A stretch of DNA of 62,642 nucleotides, the filler included, from Chrysochromulina tobinii (taxonomy: Eukaryota): assembly GCA_001275005.1 (NCBI GenBank). It is 7 parts of 7 records of this genome, joined end to end, with 100 filler letters (N's around TTAATTAATTAA, not from the genome) between each part and the next. Parts side by side here need not be neighbours in the genome. Positions count along the whole stretch, not along the records: positions 1 to 18,809 come from JWZX01001269.1; 6 more parts are not named here. One strand, 5' to 3'. Shown here in pieces: positions 1 through 10,248 of this stretch (position 1 is its first letter; every line of letters starts with the position of its first letter). The notes beneath the pieces were generated by a model, which ran no database searches, was not told the origin of the DNA, and saw only the letters and a list, made by a program, of their open reading frames with translations. A program made the position numbers and the translations under genes.

Positions 1-381
1 TTGGGCCCCATCCGTGATCACCACGGCTTATGATTTTCAAACGACGGTTTTTCGTCCATTTTCGCTCACTTTACCGCTCAGGCGGCCGGTTGAAAGATGG
101 TACGAAGACTAACCCAAGGAAAATTCTGGTATCCCTAACCGGGCCTACGCTTATAGCGAGCACTTCTGCTTCCGCGGGCTATGACCTATGTCGTGTGGAC
201 GGCGGAGGAAGACCAAGACGAGATCGGAGGCGAGATGTTTCGTTTGCTCCGACGCTGGTCGCATGGGGAGGAGATATCACGGTAAATTATGCCCGGCCGC
301 GGGCATGATGCCGCATGATGCCGTGACGGCCCAAAGCTACGCGGCTGTGAGCTCAACCGGGTCTTGCACAACCATAATTTT

Positions 382-2454
382 CTAGAGCTCCAACACGTAT
401 CCACTCCGGCCCTTCACCGCATCTTGCACCGCTGTTTTCCCTGCATCTCCCAAGTTATTGTTCAGAAGGCCGAGGTTGTTCAGGACTGCGTTGACCTTCA
501 GAGCCTCCGCGATCGCCTTGGCACCCTCGTCGCCGATCTCGTTGCCGCCGAGCTCGAGCTCGGTCACCACCGTGTTGACCTTCAGCGCCTCTGCGATCGC
601 CTTCGCACCGTCCACGCTGATGTTGTTGTCCCCGAGCCACAGCACGGTCAGGACCGCGTTGACCTTCAGCGCCTCCGTGATCGCCTTGGCACCCTCGTCA
701 CCGATCTTATTCCACCCGAGGTCCAGGGTGGTCAACACCGCGCTGACCTTCAGCGCCTCCGCGATCGCCTTGGCTCCCTCTGGACCAATGATGTTGCCTT
801 CGAGGAAGAGGGTGGTCACCACTGCGTTGACCTTCAGCCCCTCCGCGATCGCGATGGCACCCTCATCCCCGATGCTGTTCTTCCAGAGGCGGAGGGTGGT
901 CACCACCGCGTTGACCTTCAGCGCCTCCGCGATCGCAACGGCACCATCATCCCCGATGCTGTTTCCTCCGATGTAGAGGATGGTCACCACGGCCATGAAC
1001 TTCAGGTCAGACGTGATCAGGATGGCATCAGTGGGTTGGAGATCCTGGCTTGTGAAGTCGGCCTCCGTCTGGTCGCACGTCATACCGGAGAGCATTATGC
1101 CCTTCTCCGCGCCGATCTTGGCGAGTATCGTGGCCGACTCAATGTCGAGATTGTTCTTCAGCAAGTTGCATGATTTCATCACCGCGTTGACCTTGAGCGC
1201 CTCGCCAAGTGCCGATGCGCCCTCCGGACCGATCTTATTCCTGGAGAGGTCGAGCGTTCTCACGGCCACAAAGCGGGGCAGCACCTCACACAGCTCGACG
1301 ACGTCGGCGTCGCCCCACTCGAGCCCTTGGAACACGAGCGCGTAGACATTGGTGACCTTGCCGAAGAAGGTCGCGTACAGGTCCGCGACCTTGCTCACGT
1401 CGGACGAGTTGGTGAAGCGCTTCTCCGTCTGCAGCAGGCGCCTGACCGTTTCCGGCGACGGCGGCGGCGGCCGACGCCGCGCGCACACGCTCGCGAGCAT
1501 GCAGTCGTAGACGCCCGGCTCTTCGGGCCCGTAGGCGCACGCCATTGCCTCCTCGGTACGCTTGGCGAGGTCGAGGCGCAGGAAGCCGGGCTTGATGGCG
1601 GCGCTTATGGCGGCCTCGACGTAGCACCAGCCCGAGTCCTCGTACGTCTCCGCGAGGGGCAGCTCGCTCTCCCGCATTCGCGCCGCAAACCCCTCGGGCA
1701 GCTGACTCTGCATCCACACGACGGTGAGCGCGTGGCCATACCACACATTGGAGTTCTGCAGGCCCTTGGGGAAGAGCTTCGTCTCGGCGTCGGTGCGCGG
1801 CGGCTGGTGCAGGCTCGCAAAGTCCCAGAACAGCGCGAACTCGGGGAGGCCAAGCCCGTGCTTCCGGAACGCCGCGGTGAGCTGCGACGGATATTGATCT
1901 GGCCCTTCGTCACCCAAAAGCCATTTCCCCCCCCTCAGGTTGAGGTAGAGCTCGGCGACCGACGCCACGATGCTGAGGTGGAAGCCGTCCGGGTCGGGGT
2001 GCTCCTGTGTGAGCCACCGATACGACAGCGCGACGAAGAGCACGCCAAAGTCGTCGCCCAGCGCCAGCGCGACCCTCTTCAGCTCGCCCGCAGACCAAAA
2101 GGCCTCGGGCGGAAGGTCCTGCCGGCGCGACAGGCGGCCGCCGCGCTTGTGCAGGCCGACGAGCCAGGTGCCCTTCACCGCCGCGATTGCGCCGCTCTCC
2201 ACCGACGCGAGCAGCGTCTCAACGTCAAAGTAGGGGTTCGTTTCGGCGGCGGCGCCGCTCGTGGCAATCGTCTGCGACAGGGCCGTGGGCAGCCAGCCGA
2301 GGCATCTGAAGAGCCACTTAGGGAGATTGGTGGGCTCCTTGGAGGCGGAGGTGCCCGATTGAGGCGTGGGCAGCCAGCCGAGGCATCTGAAGAGCCACTT
2401 AGGGAGATTGGTGGGCTCCTTGGTGGCGGAGGAGCCCAAGTGTCGATCACTCAT
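382..2454 (-). CDS. HET/TIR-like N-terminal domain plus ribonuclease-inhibitor-type leucine-rich repeats (NLRC3-like LRR protein)
   Basis: 690-aa ORF. C-terminal 28-aa repeats (LxxNxIGDEGAKAIAEALKVNAVLTTL; 84-nt period). N-terminal motifs ALSYRW..HPDP, LFWDFASLHQ, NVWYGH and SGWCYVE resemble HET-domain motifs. Confidence 0.85.
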   Translation of the reverse strand: MSDRHLGSSATKEPTNLPKWLFRCLGWLPTPQSGTSASKEPTNLPKWLFRCLGWLPTALSQTIATSGAAAETNPYFDVETLLASVESGAIAAVKGTWLVGLHKRGGRLSRRQDLPPEAFWSAGELKRVALALGDDFGVLFVALSYRWLTQEHPDPDGFHLSIVASVAELYLNLRGGKWLLGDEGPDQYPSQLTAAFRKHGLGLPEFALFWDFASLHQPPRTDAETKLFPKGLQNSNVWYGHALTVVWMQSQLPEGFAARMRESELPLAETYEDSGWCYVEAAISAAIKPGFLRLDLAKRTEEAMACAYGPEEPGVYDCMLASVCARRRPPPPSPETVRRLLQTEKRFTNSSDVSKVADLYATFFGKVTNVYALVFQGLEWGDADVVELCEVLPRFVAVRTLDLSRNKIGPEGASALGEALKVNAVMKSCNLLKNNLDIESATILAKIGAEKGIMLSGMTCDQTEADFTSQDLQPTDAILITSDLKFMAVVTILYIGGNSIGDDGAVAIAEALKVNAVVTTLRLWKNSIGDEGAIAIAEGLKVNAVVTTLFLEGNIIGPEGAKAIAEALKVSAVLTTLDLGWNKIGDEGAKAITEALKVNAVLTVLWLGDNNISVDGAKAIAEALKVNTVVTELELGGNEIGDEGAKAIAEALKVNAVLNNLGLLNNNLGDAGKTAVQDAVKGRSGYVLEL
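2285..2437. repeat. 81-bp in-frame tandem duplication at the N-terminus of the LRR gene
   Basis: KEPTNLPKWLFRCLGWLPT is encoded twice; near-identical nucleotide copies start at 2285 and 2366. Confidence 0.9.
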
Positions 2455-2483
2455 GGGAGGGCACCGGTATCCATCATGGAACC

Positions 2484-2501
2484 AGTCAAGTCAAGTCAAG
2501 T
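2484..2501. repeat. (CAAGT)n microsatellite between divergent genes
   Basis: gtcaagtcaagtcaagtc; the same repeat occurs at 43988-44017, 45313-45347 and 46775-46833. Confidence 0.8.
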
Positions 2502-2633
2502 CTAGTAATAGACTTGTCTTGGAACCAGATTTGGGGGCAACAAAGAGTCCTGGGTATGGGTGCCCCGGGAACTGATTCCGTCGGGCGGTCTGTGGAAGCT
2601 CTTCCGGACGACAGCGTCGGCGTCGGCGACCGA

Positions 2634-5600
2634 ATGGGCAAGAAGAAGGCGCCCCCAAAGCATGGCGCATCACCCGCAGCGGCTGGCGGCACCCAACAAA
2701 TGCCGACGCCCACCGCCGTAGCCCTGGAAGTAGCCGAGGATCCGACGCGTCAGCAGAGGACGCACTTGCTCGATGACAAAGAGCAGAGCACGAGCGGAGC
2801 TACCGCGCCCGCGCCCTCGGCTGCAGAATTGCGTCCGCCTTCCGTCATCGTCGCGGATGGAGCGCCGCTCGACGATCGGACGGCCGCCATCGCGGTCGAA
2901 GCGCCGGCCGATCCGTCGCTGCCACCTCTAACGGCGCGCCGCTCAAGGCTTAGTCGTATGACCTCAGAACACGCAATGAACGAGACGCGCACGCTCGACC
3001 AGGCGGGCGCACTCCACACGATTGGCGTCGATCAAAAGCGCGCACTGCGCGACGACGAGGTCGAGAGAGTGTGTGCGCAGCTCCGGGAGGCGATCGCGCT
3101 GCGCGAAAAGTATCGCTCCGACCATGATCGCGAGCTCTTCCACGGAGAGGAGGCGGTGCCGCCCGTGTCGGACGAAGACATGCCCGACCCCTTCGTGCCC
3201 ACCCCGTCCTTCCGCGGCGGCCATTACTCCTTCGAGATGCGCCGCGGCGTGATGTTGGTCTGGTCCGAGCACGGCGCGGACAAGTCAGGGCTGCGTCCGC
3301 CGGGTGCACAGATGCCGGCAAGCGTTCCGTGCTTTGTGGCGCCTCCGACCTTCGCCGAGTTCACCAACGACCTCGCACGCCTGATGGAGATCACCTCGAG
3401 CGCGGCGGTCAATTCGTTCTGCTACCGGCGGCTGCAGCGTCTCGACGCGCGCTTCAAGCTGCATGTGATGGAGCACGAGCAAGAGGAGTCGAAGGAGCAG
3501 CGCGAGTGCGTGATGACCTCTGATGGCCTCTGATGGCCTCTGATGGCCTCTGATGGCCTCTGATGGCCCTTGTGAGTGAGAACCTCTAAGATTGACCTCT
3601 AAACTGCGTCCCTCATCAGATGCCCGCATCGCGACTTTTACAACCTGCGCAAGGTGGACACGCACATCCATCTCGCGGCCGCGATGAACCAGAAGCACCT
3701 ACTCCGCTTCATGAAGCGGAAGATGCGCTACCATGCGGATGAGGTGGTGGCCAAGGGCGAGAAGGCACAGCCGATGACGCTGCAGCAGGTCTTCGATGAG
3801 ATGAAGCTCACAGCGTATGACCTGTCGATCGACGCGCTCGACATGCACACGGACTCATACACGTTCGCGCGCTTCGACAAGTTCAATCTCAAGTATAACC
3901 CACTCGGAAAGTCGAAGCTGCGCGAGATCTTCCTTAAGACGGATAACCAGCTCAAGGGCCGCTACTTTGCCGAGATCACCAAGGAGCTCTTCGATGACTT
4001 GAGCTTCTCCAAGTACCGGACAGCCCCTGATGACCACTGACGAGCACTGCTGACCACTGCTGACCACGCATGGCCACGTACGGCTGCGTTTGATTGCGTC
4101 TGATTGCGTCTGATGGCGTCGGATTGCATTGGATCACCTCAGGTACCAGCAGGCGGAGTACCGCATCTCGATCTACGGGCGCTCCAAGAAGGAATGGGAC
4201 CAGCTCGCTGATTGGATCGTCGATCACGAGCTGTACTCGCCGCACAACAGGTGGCTCATCCAAGTGCCCCGACTGTACGGGATGTACCAGTCGTCGCGCT
4301 CGCTGCGCACCTTCGGCGAGATGCTCGACAACATCTTCGTGCCTCTCTTTGAGGTGACCAACGACCCGTCATCGCACCCGAAGCTGCACCTCATGCTGCA
4401 GCAGGTCGTTGGCTTCGACTCGGTCGACGACGAGTCCAAGGCCGAGGAGCCGCTGTTCACGCCCGATACGCCCGCCGACGAGCCTGATCAGTGGACCGAG
4501 GGCAACCCGCACTACTGCTACTACACATACTACCTCTACGCCAACCTGTACGTGCTCAACCAGATGCGCGCGGCGCAGGGCCTCTCCTCCTTTTGCTTCC
4601 GGCCACACGCGGGCGAGGCGGGAGAGCTGAACCATCTGCATGGCGCGTACCTGACCGCACGTGGCATCAACCACGGCATCAACCTGCGAAAGTCTCCCTC
4701 GCTCCAGTACCTGTACTACCTCACCCAGATCGGGCTAGCACTCTCGCCGCTCTCGAACAACGCGCTCTTCCTCACACTCAGCAAGTCGCCCTTTAACGAA
4801 TTCTTCTCGGTCGGGCTCAACGTCTCACTCTCGACTGACGACCCGCTCATGTTCCACCACACGCGAGAGCCGCTGATGGAGGAGTACACCATCGCCAAGC
4901 AGGTGTGGAAGCTCTCTTCGGTCGACCTCGCCGAGATTGCGCGCAACTCTGTCCTCCAGTCCTCTTTTGAGCCGTGCGTTAAAGCCTTCTGGATCGGCAG
5001 CACGTACCGCCAGCGTGGCCCCGCAGGCAACGACATCCACCGTACCAACGTGCCCAACTTGCGAATGGAATTCCGCGAGGTGGCGCTCCGCGATGAGCTG
5101 CGTGCCGTGTACGAGTCGTACGACGTTACGTTGCTGGGCCGTCCGCAGCTCTCGCCCTCCATGAAACCGATCACCTCGTACATTGCCGCCGCACGCTATG
5201 CCGCGAGCACCAGCGCGCAGGCGGAGGCGCCGCAGCCCGCACAGGGTGCCATCGGCCACGGCGATAAGATCAGCAATGGCGCGAACGGACCGGCGGCACC
5301 GCCGCAAGCTCGTACCGCCGGCTCGTACCAACGGTACGACGGCCCCTTCGCGGCTGAGTTCAAGCTGGACGAATCTCGACGATCGGCTTACTCGCCCACG
5401 CGCAAGAGGTGGCCCGAGCCCGAGACGGCGCCCGAGACGGCGCCTCAGCCGCCTCAGCCGGCGCAGCCGCCGCAACTGCCGCCGGCAATCGCAGTGGGCG
5501 CGAGCGGCAGCGACCCGTCGAACACGCGCACCGGACGTGAGCGCGAGGCGGCCCAGGCCGGATGGCAACCTCGCGACCGTGTTCGGGAGCGTGGTGGCAT

Positions 5601-5832
5601 GCATCGCGCTTCTTCGAGCGCTTCGCTCGCGGCTGAGGGCTCACGTCACTCACAAAGTGACGACATCCACGCGCGGCTCGACGAGCAGCAGAGGCAGCTC
5701 GCACAATCGCAGGCCCTCGCGGCCGCTGCCGAGAGTCGCGCGCAGAGTGCGATGGTGATTAATCGGCTGCTGCTTCTCGTCGCCGTAGGGTGCGCGGCCA
5801 CCGCCGTCTTCGCCGTGACCCGTAGCAAGTAA
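2634..5832 (+). CDS. AMPD: AMP deaminase, 3 exons (2634-3505, 3620-4012, 4143-5832)
   Basis: Splicing restores [27 protein letters not shown] and [15 protein letters not shown]. Also present: [18 protein letters not shown] and [11 protein letters not shown]. Both introns are GT-AG. Confidence 0.95.
3506..3619 (+). other. Intron filled with (TGATGGCCTC)n decamers
   Basis: GTGCG...about 5 x TGATGGCCTC...CCTCATCAG; removal joins the AMPD frames in phase. Confidence 0.9.
4013..4142 (+). other. Intron with degenerate decamer repeats and a GTACC duplication at both junctions
   Basis: AA|GTACCGG...TGATTGCGTC TGATTGCGTC TGATGGCGTC...CACCTCAG|GTACCAG; removal restores SKYQQAEY. Confidence 0.9.
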
Positions 5833-6167
5833 CGCCGCTCGGCGAGCAGACGCGCCGAGTGCCCTTACGCTTTAGGAAAGAAAGCTATGATCGACTGCGC
5901 GAGCAGGGAGCTGAAGCGCGATGTTAGCGATCCGCGGTGGTTATGAGAACGTCAGACTGACGTCGAGCGGAGCGAGCCGGTGCGACGGACCACGGGAGAG
6001 CGAGGGTGCGGCGGAGGGTGCGCGGTCACCCGTCTGCCTTTTGAGCTCGACTAGTCCCCCACGCGCACAGTATTCACACAGACAGGACAGTACACGGCCT
6101 TGTGACGCCTTGACGCGTATTCAATTCATACCTGAAGATCTAGAATGATCGGATGTTAATCCGGTGT

Positions 6168-6472
6168 TCAGTTTCAGTTTCAGTTTCTTCGCGGTCCTAC
6201 CACGCTCACTCCACGACCACCGTCTCGACGGGGACGGCTCCGCTCCCCTCGGTCACGAACACAAGTACTGAGTACTCGCCGGTGATCGGACACCAGCATG
6301 ACGACCGAAACTGAGGAGCCCGAGAGCGAGCGAGTACTCAGTACTTGTGTTGACCCGACCGAGGGGAAGGCCGGCCGACGAGAGCCGACGCGAGCGCGGA
6401 GCCGTCGGCCCGTTGAGACGGTGGTGGTGTGACGGCGCGGGGGGACCGCGACGAAACTGACTGACTGACTGA
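6168..6472. repeat. Imperfect ~300-nt hairpin (foldback/MITE-like), member of a dispersed repeat family
   Basis: aacacaagtactgagtactcgc (6258-6279) is the exact reverse complement of 6330-6351. Further paired blocks: cccctcggtc/gaccgagggg, ccaccgtctcgacggg/cccgttgagacggtgg and cagtttcttcgcggtcc/ggaccgcgacgaaactg. Confidence 0.8.
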
Positions 6473-6787
6473 TGACGACCGGACACAGTCGAGAAACACG
6501 CGTGGACGACAGCCCCGTAAACAGCCAACCGTACCGGGCCTCACCACTGCTGTCTGAGTCTGTGCCTCCGCGTCTCACGTTCGGTTCACCTCACCATTCA
6601 TACGAGCATACTACGATCCAATCTCCATGACGTTTAGAGTTTATTGTGGTTGCGCCACGGAGCCGGCACCACTCCGCTCATATGGGAGCAATATTGATTC
6701 ATCGAGAGTCCTGATGCGCCCCGGGATCCAGGGAGCTCCAGAGCGCCCTCGGCCTCGGGGTGTCGGCGCTCAGCTGTGCTGCGCTCC

Positions 6788-7838
6788 TTATTTGGTCATG
6801 CAGCTGGCGAGGACCTCAAGCGCCTCCATCGAGACGGAGCGCCGGGTCATAGGCACGCCTGCGATGGACTGCACACGGCGCATGCCAAGCTTGTGCAAGG
6901 GTTTCTCAATCAGTTTCTCGATGGGTCGCGCCACGCACGAAGAAGCGATGCACGGGCCAACGCTCGGGACGACGCTCGGGCCAACGCTCGGGACGACGCT
7001 CGGCGGCGAGAACAGGTACGAGACCCGCGCGCCGAGGCGCATGTTCACCTGTCGCTCGAGCGCCTGCAGGTAGTCATGCCCGCTGGCATGCCCACCTGCC
7101 TGCAGGTAGTCGGCCGCCTTCAGCATCTGCGACGGCTTGAGCTGCTGCAGGTAGGTGCGCTGGCGTGCATGCAATAGGACAGCATTCAGGGCGCGGTCGA
7201 GCGTGGCGGAAGTGTTGAAGTGCACCGGCTTGGTGAGATGGTCGAAGCAGTATTCAGGCTGCAGCAGCTGCTGGAAGGGAGGCAGCATCGGCGGCGGGCA
7301 GAGCGTGCTGGCTGTGGGCGCTTGCTGCACCCACTGCGACACATTAGGCTTTGGATTGTAGGCTGGCAGCGGGTGCGCGTCTTCCGACTCAGAGGACTCG
7401 TCGGGTGGGCTCTCTGGCTGAAACGGCAGGCTCTCTAGCTTGGCGGGCGGGCTCGATGGCCCGGCGAAAGTGGTCGATGCCGTGCGTGGGACTGGAGAGG
7501 ACGAAGTGGTATGCTTGGCCCCAGAGGTGGTCTTTGTGCGCTCCTTTTGACGTCGATTTTGAAACCAGACTTGCACCTGCGCCGGTATTGTGCGCGTGTG
7601 CGGGTGAGGTCGGGTGCTCCACGTCCGGTGCAAAACATGGCGCGCGCAGGAGAGGTCGAGGTTGAGATCATGTTAATTAGCAGCCACGTACCTGCCGCAC
7701 CTCGACGCGCAGCTGATGTGCGAGGTGGACGCGCGCCTCGAGGTCGGGAAATGCAGAGACCTTGTACGAGGCCTCGAGGATCATGCGTTGCATGTCCGTG
7801 GGCGCCCACCGGGAGCGGCGCTGCGCCAGACCCATCAT
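6788..7838 (-). CDS. Homeodomain transcription factor (exons 7838-7692 and 7576-6788)
   Basis: Splicing the GT-AG intron 7577-7691 gives MMGLAQRRSRWAPTDMQRMILEASYKVSAFPDLEARVHLAHQLRVEVRQVQVWFQNRRQKER, a complete homeodomain with WFQNRR. Confidence 0.9.
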
Positions 7839-7949
7839 CCCCAGAATTTGTCGCGATACGAAAGTGCGCGGACTTCGAAGGGGAGATTATCGAAGGAGAT
7901 ATTAGATGGAGAATTCCTCATGAAATGACATGGAAATGTCCCGGAGCTT

Positions 7950-9725
7950 TCAGAGGATGCTCAGCTCGCCTTCGTGGCAGCGCACGTGCGTGAAGCCGCG
8001 CAGCCCAAGGGCGCCACTGGCGGCCACCGGCGGCGCTGCGGCCGGGGCGGGCTCCCGCATGTGCTCGTCCTCCTGGGGCTGCGCGATCCACACACGCGCG
8101 AGGGGCTGCGGGCGCGGCGCTACGGCCCAGCCGATGTCGCACGGCCGCGTGGGCGGGTGCGCGGGGCGCAAGTTGAGCGCGTCGGAGGCGGCGCCCGCCG
8201 CGTCCGGCTGCACCCGGAGCTCGAAGCCGAGGGATTGAGTGCGCCGGAGGAGGTCGGTGAGTTTCCGTACCGAGCTCGGTAACAACAGCGCACCTCCGCC
8301 GCGCTCTGCGTCCTCGAGGCGTAACGTGTCTTCGCGCGCGGCGGCGGGGTCGCTCAGCCCAGCGCTCAGCCCGGCGGCGCTCAACTCGGCGCCGGTTTCG
8401 GCACAGGGCTCGCCCGCGACGGCGCGCGTCGTGCGTCCCGGCTGGTGTACGAGCCGTGGTGCGTAGGGCGCGCCGTGCAGAAAGGGCACGGGCGCGAGGA
8501 GCTGCAGCGAGAGGAAGGCCGGCATGCCGGCCGTGCGCGTGTTGAGTAAGAACTCATGCAGACCATGCAGAGCATCACGCCCACGGAAGAGCAACGTCGA
8601 GCCTTGCTGATGGTCAACCCCAGCGAGGCGCCGCTGCCGCCCGACGACGCTGTCGGGCTGCTCCTCGTGTCGACCCCGGTTGAGCGACGCGAGCACCTGG
8701 GCATCCTCAGCCTCCGGGTCGTCATCTGCCGCCGCGCGGCTCCCGCTACCGGCGCGAGCGCGACTGCCGGCGGCGCCAACTCCGATACCGGTAGCCGCGG
8801 CGGCGGCAGCCGCGCTCGCGCCGGCGGCGGCGTCGCGCGTGCCTGCGGGCGCGAGCGGCATCTCAAACGGGACGCGCGCCTTATCGAGGAGCGCGCGCAG
8901 CCCATGGCTTGAGGGCGAGAGCACCGCGTAGCAGCTGCTCGCGTCTGTGAGAGCCGAGCCAAGCGGCGGCTCGGACCACCTCGGGTCATCCTCCTCTATC
9001 GCGGCGCCGTTGCGCCAGAGCACACAAAAGTGGCCCGCAGTCGCAGCCGATGCCTCGCGCGGCGCCTCGGCGCGGCAGTAAAAGTACGGGCACCGGCCGT
9101 CGCGCAGGGCGAGGAACAGCGAGCGCAGCGCGGCATCCCAACTGTCGTTGAGGCCGTCGGCGTACTCCTTTTCAGGTGAGCCGACGGCCGCGTTGGAGAG
9201 TTGCTTGGCGAGCATCGGTGGCAGCCGATGCGCGGGATGACGCCACTGAAGTAGCGCGCGCTCGAGCGCCACGCCCCAGCTCTTCGGCCCGTCGGGACCA
9301 TCATCCATCTCCGCGACCGCTGCCGGCGGGTGGCCACGCAGGGCGGCAGCCCGAGCGGACGGCAGCGACTGCGTGCACCACGCGAGGCTCGATGACGAGG
9401 TAACGAGGCCGCCACGCTTGAGTGCCCAGTCGTTGGGTACCGTATGCACCCGTGTGCCTGAGGGGCGCGACGGTGGTGGCCGACGGCTTGTGGCGCCGCC
9501 GGCCGCGGGCGCACTACCGTTGGGCTTGCGCACGCTCATGAGAGCCTGGTTGTTGAGCTGCAGGCAATCGGCTAGGAAGTCGCCGCCCGGTGATGGCTTC
9601 GAGGCGGCGTGATGCTCGATGGAGGAGGAGCCGGCGGACCGGGCTGGCGGCGGCGCCATCGAGCCACTTTGGTTGCCACTGTTGATCTGCAGCCGGCCCA
9701 TCTGCGGCGATGGCGTCGGCTGCAT
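7950..9725 (-). CDS. DONSON: DONSON (downstream neighbour of Son) replication factor homolog; start uncertain, frame open to 9905
   Basis: Family motifs PNDWALK..TSSSSLAW, WRHP, SLFLALRDGRCPYFY, LSPSSHGLR..L...VPFEMPL and LLAPVPFLHGA. Confidence 0.8.
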   Translation of the reverse strand: MQPTPSPQMGRLQINSGNQSGSMAPPPARSAGSSSIEHHAASKPSPGGDFLADCLQLNNQALMSVRKPNGSAPAAGGATSRRPPPSRPSGTRVHTVPNDWALKRGGLVTSSSSLAWCTQSLPSARAAALRGHPPAAVAEMDDGPDGPKSWGVALERALLQWRHPAHRLPPMLAKQLSNAAVGSPEKEYADGLNDSWDAALRSLFLALRDGRCPYFYCRAEAPREASAATAGHFCVLWRNGAAIEEDDPRWSEPPLGSALTDASSCYAVLSPSSHGLRALLDKARVPFEMPLAPAGTRDAAAGASAAAAAAATGIGVGAAGSRARAGSGSRAAADDDPEAEDAQVLASLNRGRHEEQPDSVVGRQRRLAGVDHQQGSTLLFRGRDALHGLHEFLLNTRTAGMPAFLSLQLLAPVPFLHGAPYAPRLVHQPGRTTRAVAGEPCAETGAELSAAGLSAGLSDPAAAREDTLRLEDAERGGGALLLPSSVRKLTDLLRRTQSLGFELRVQPDAAGAASDALNLRPAHPPTRPCDIGWAVAPRPQPLARVWIAQPQEDEHMREPAPAAAPPVAASGALGLRGFTHVRCHEGELSIL

Positions 9726-9997
9726 GGGGCGAGGGCTCGCTCGTGGGGCGCTTTTTGCCCGAGAACATCTGCGAACAAGTGTCAATACCTCACCGAGACA
9801 GTGCACAGCGGCGAGCCTTTTTGTAGCTACTATGTACGCACGGTGGGAGGCGGCGCGAGCGAGTGAAAGTTCGTCGGTCAGTTTCGTCGTGGACCCGACA
9901 CGCACACCGAGTTCACGTTCACGTTAAATAGCCAACACGGCAAGACGCACACCCACACTTACTTCTAACACGCTCACCACTCATCAGGCATTGTGCA

Positions 9998-10100
9998 CAC
10001 GGTATCCCCCCGCGCTCATCACTCCTAAACTAACTCCACCGTCTCGCAGAGTACGGCTCCGCTGCCCCCGTTCAACACAAGTACAAGAGAACTCGCTCGC
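9998..10100. repeat. Diverged copy of one arm of the 6168-6472 hairpin family
   Basis: ccccccgcgctc..ccaccgtctcg..acggctccgct..tcaacacaagtac..gagaactcgctcgc matches the hairpin arms in order. Confidence 0.7.
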
Positions 10101-10248
10101 ACCTGTCATGCTCAGTACTACAGTACAAGATCACATGTTACGGATGGGGCGGGCGCGACGAGGCACTTTTCGAGTGCCTTTTCATGGGGTTCACCTCAGT
10201 CGAGTTCGTTGACCTCCGCGTTGTGGTTGCGGACTCGAGGGCAGGGAC

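Noticed and set aside
30..370. Retroelement endonuclease fragment (…WGGDITVN…)
   Set aside because: A single short motif at the window edge with no supporting domain.
364..2505. Long plus-strand ORFs (269 aa, 392 aa) and similar overlapping ORFs throughout the window
   Set aside because: They are antisense or alternate-frame shadows of GC-rich coding sequence with no independent motifs.
6455..6510. Hammerhead ribozyme core (CTGATGA-CGAC...GTCG-AGAAAC)
   Set aside because: There is an extra A before GAAA, stem II closes C-G rather than G-C, and I found no convincing stem III with an NUH site.
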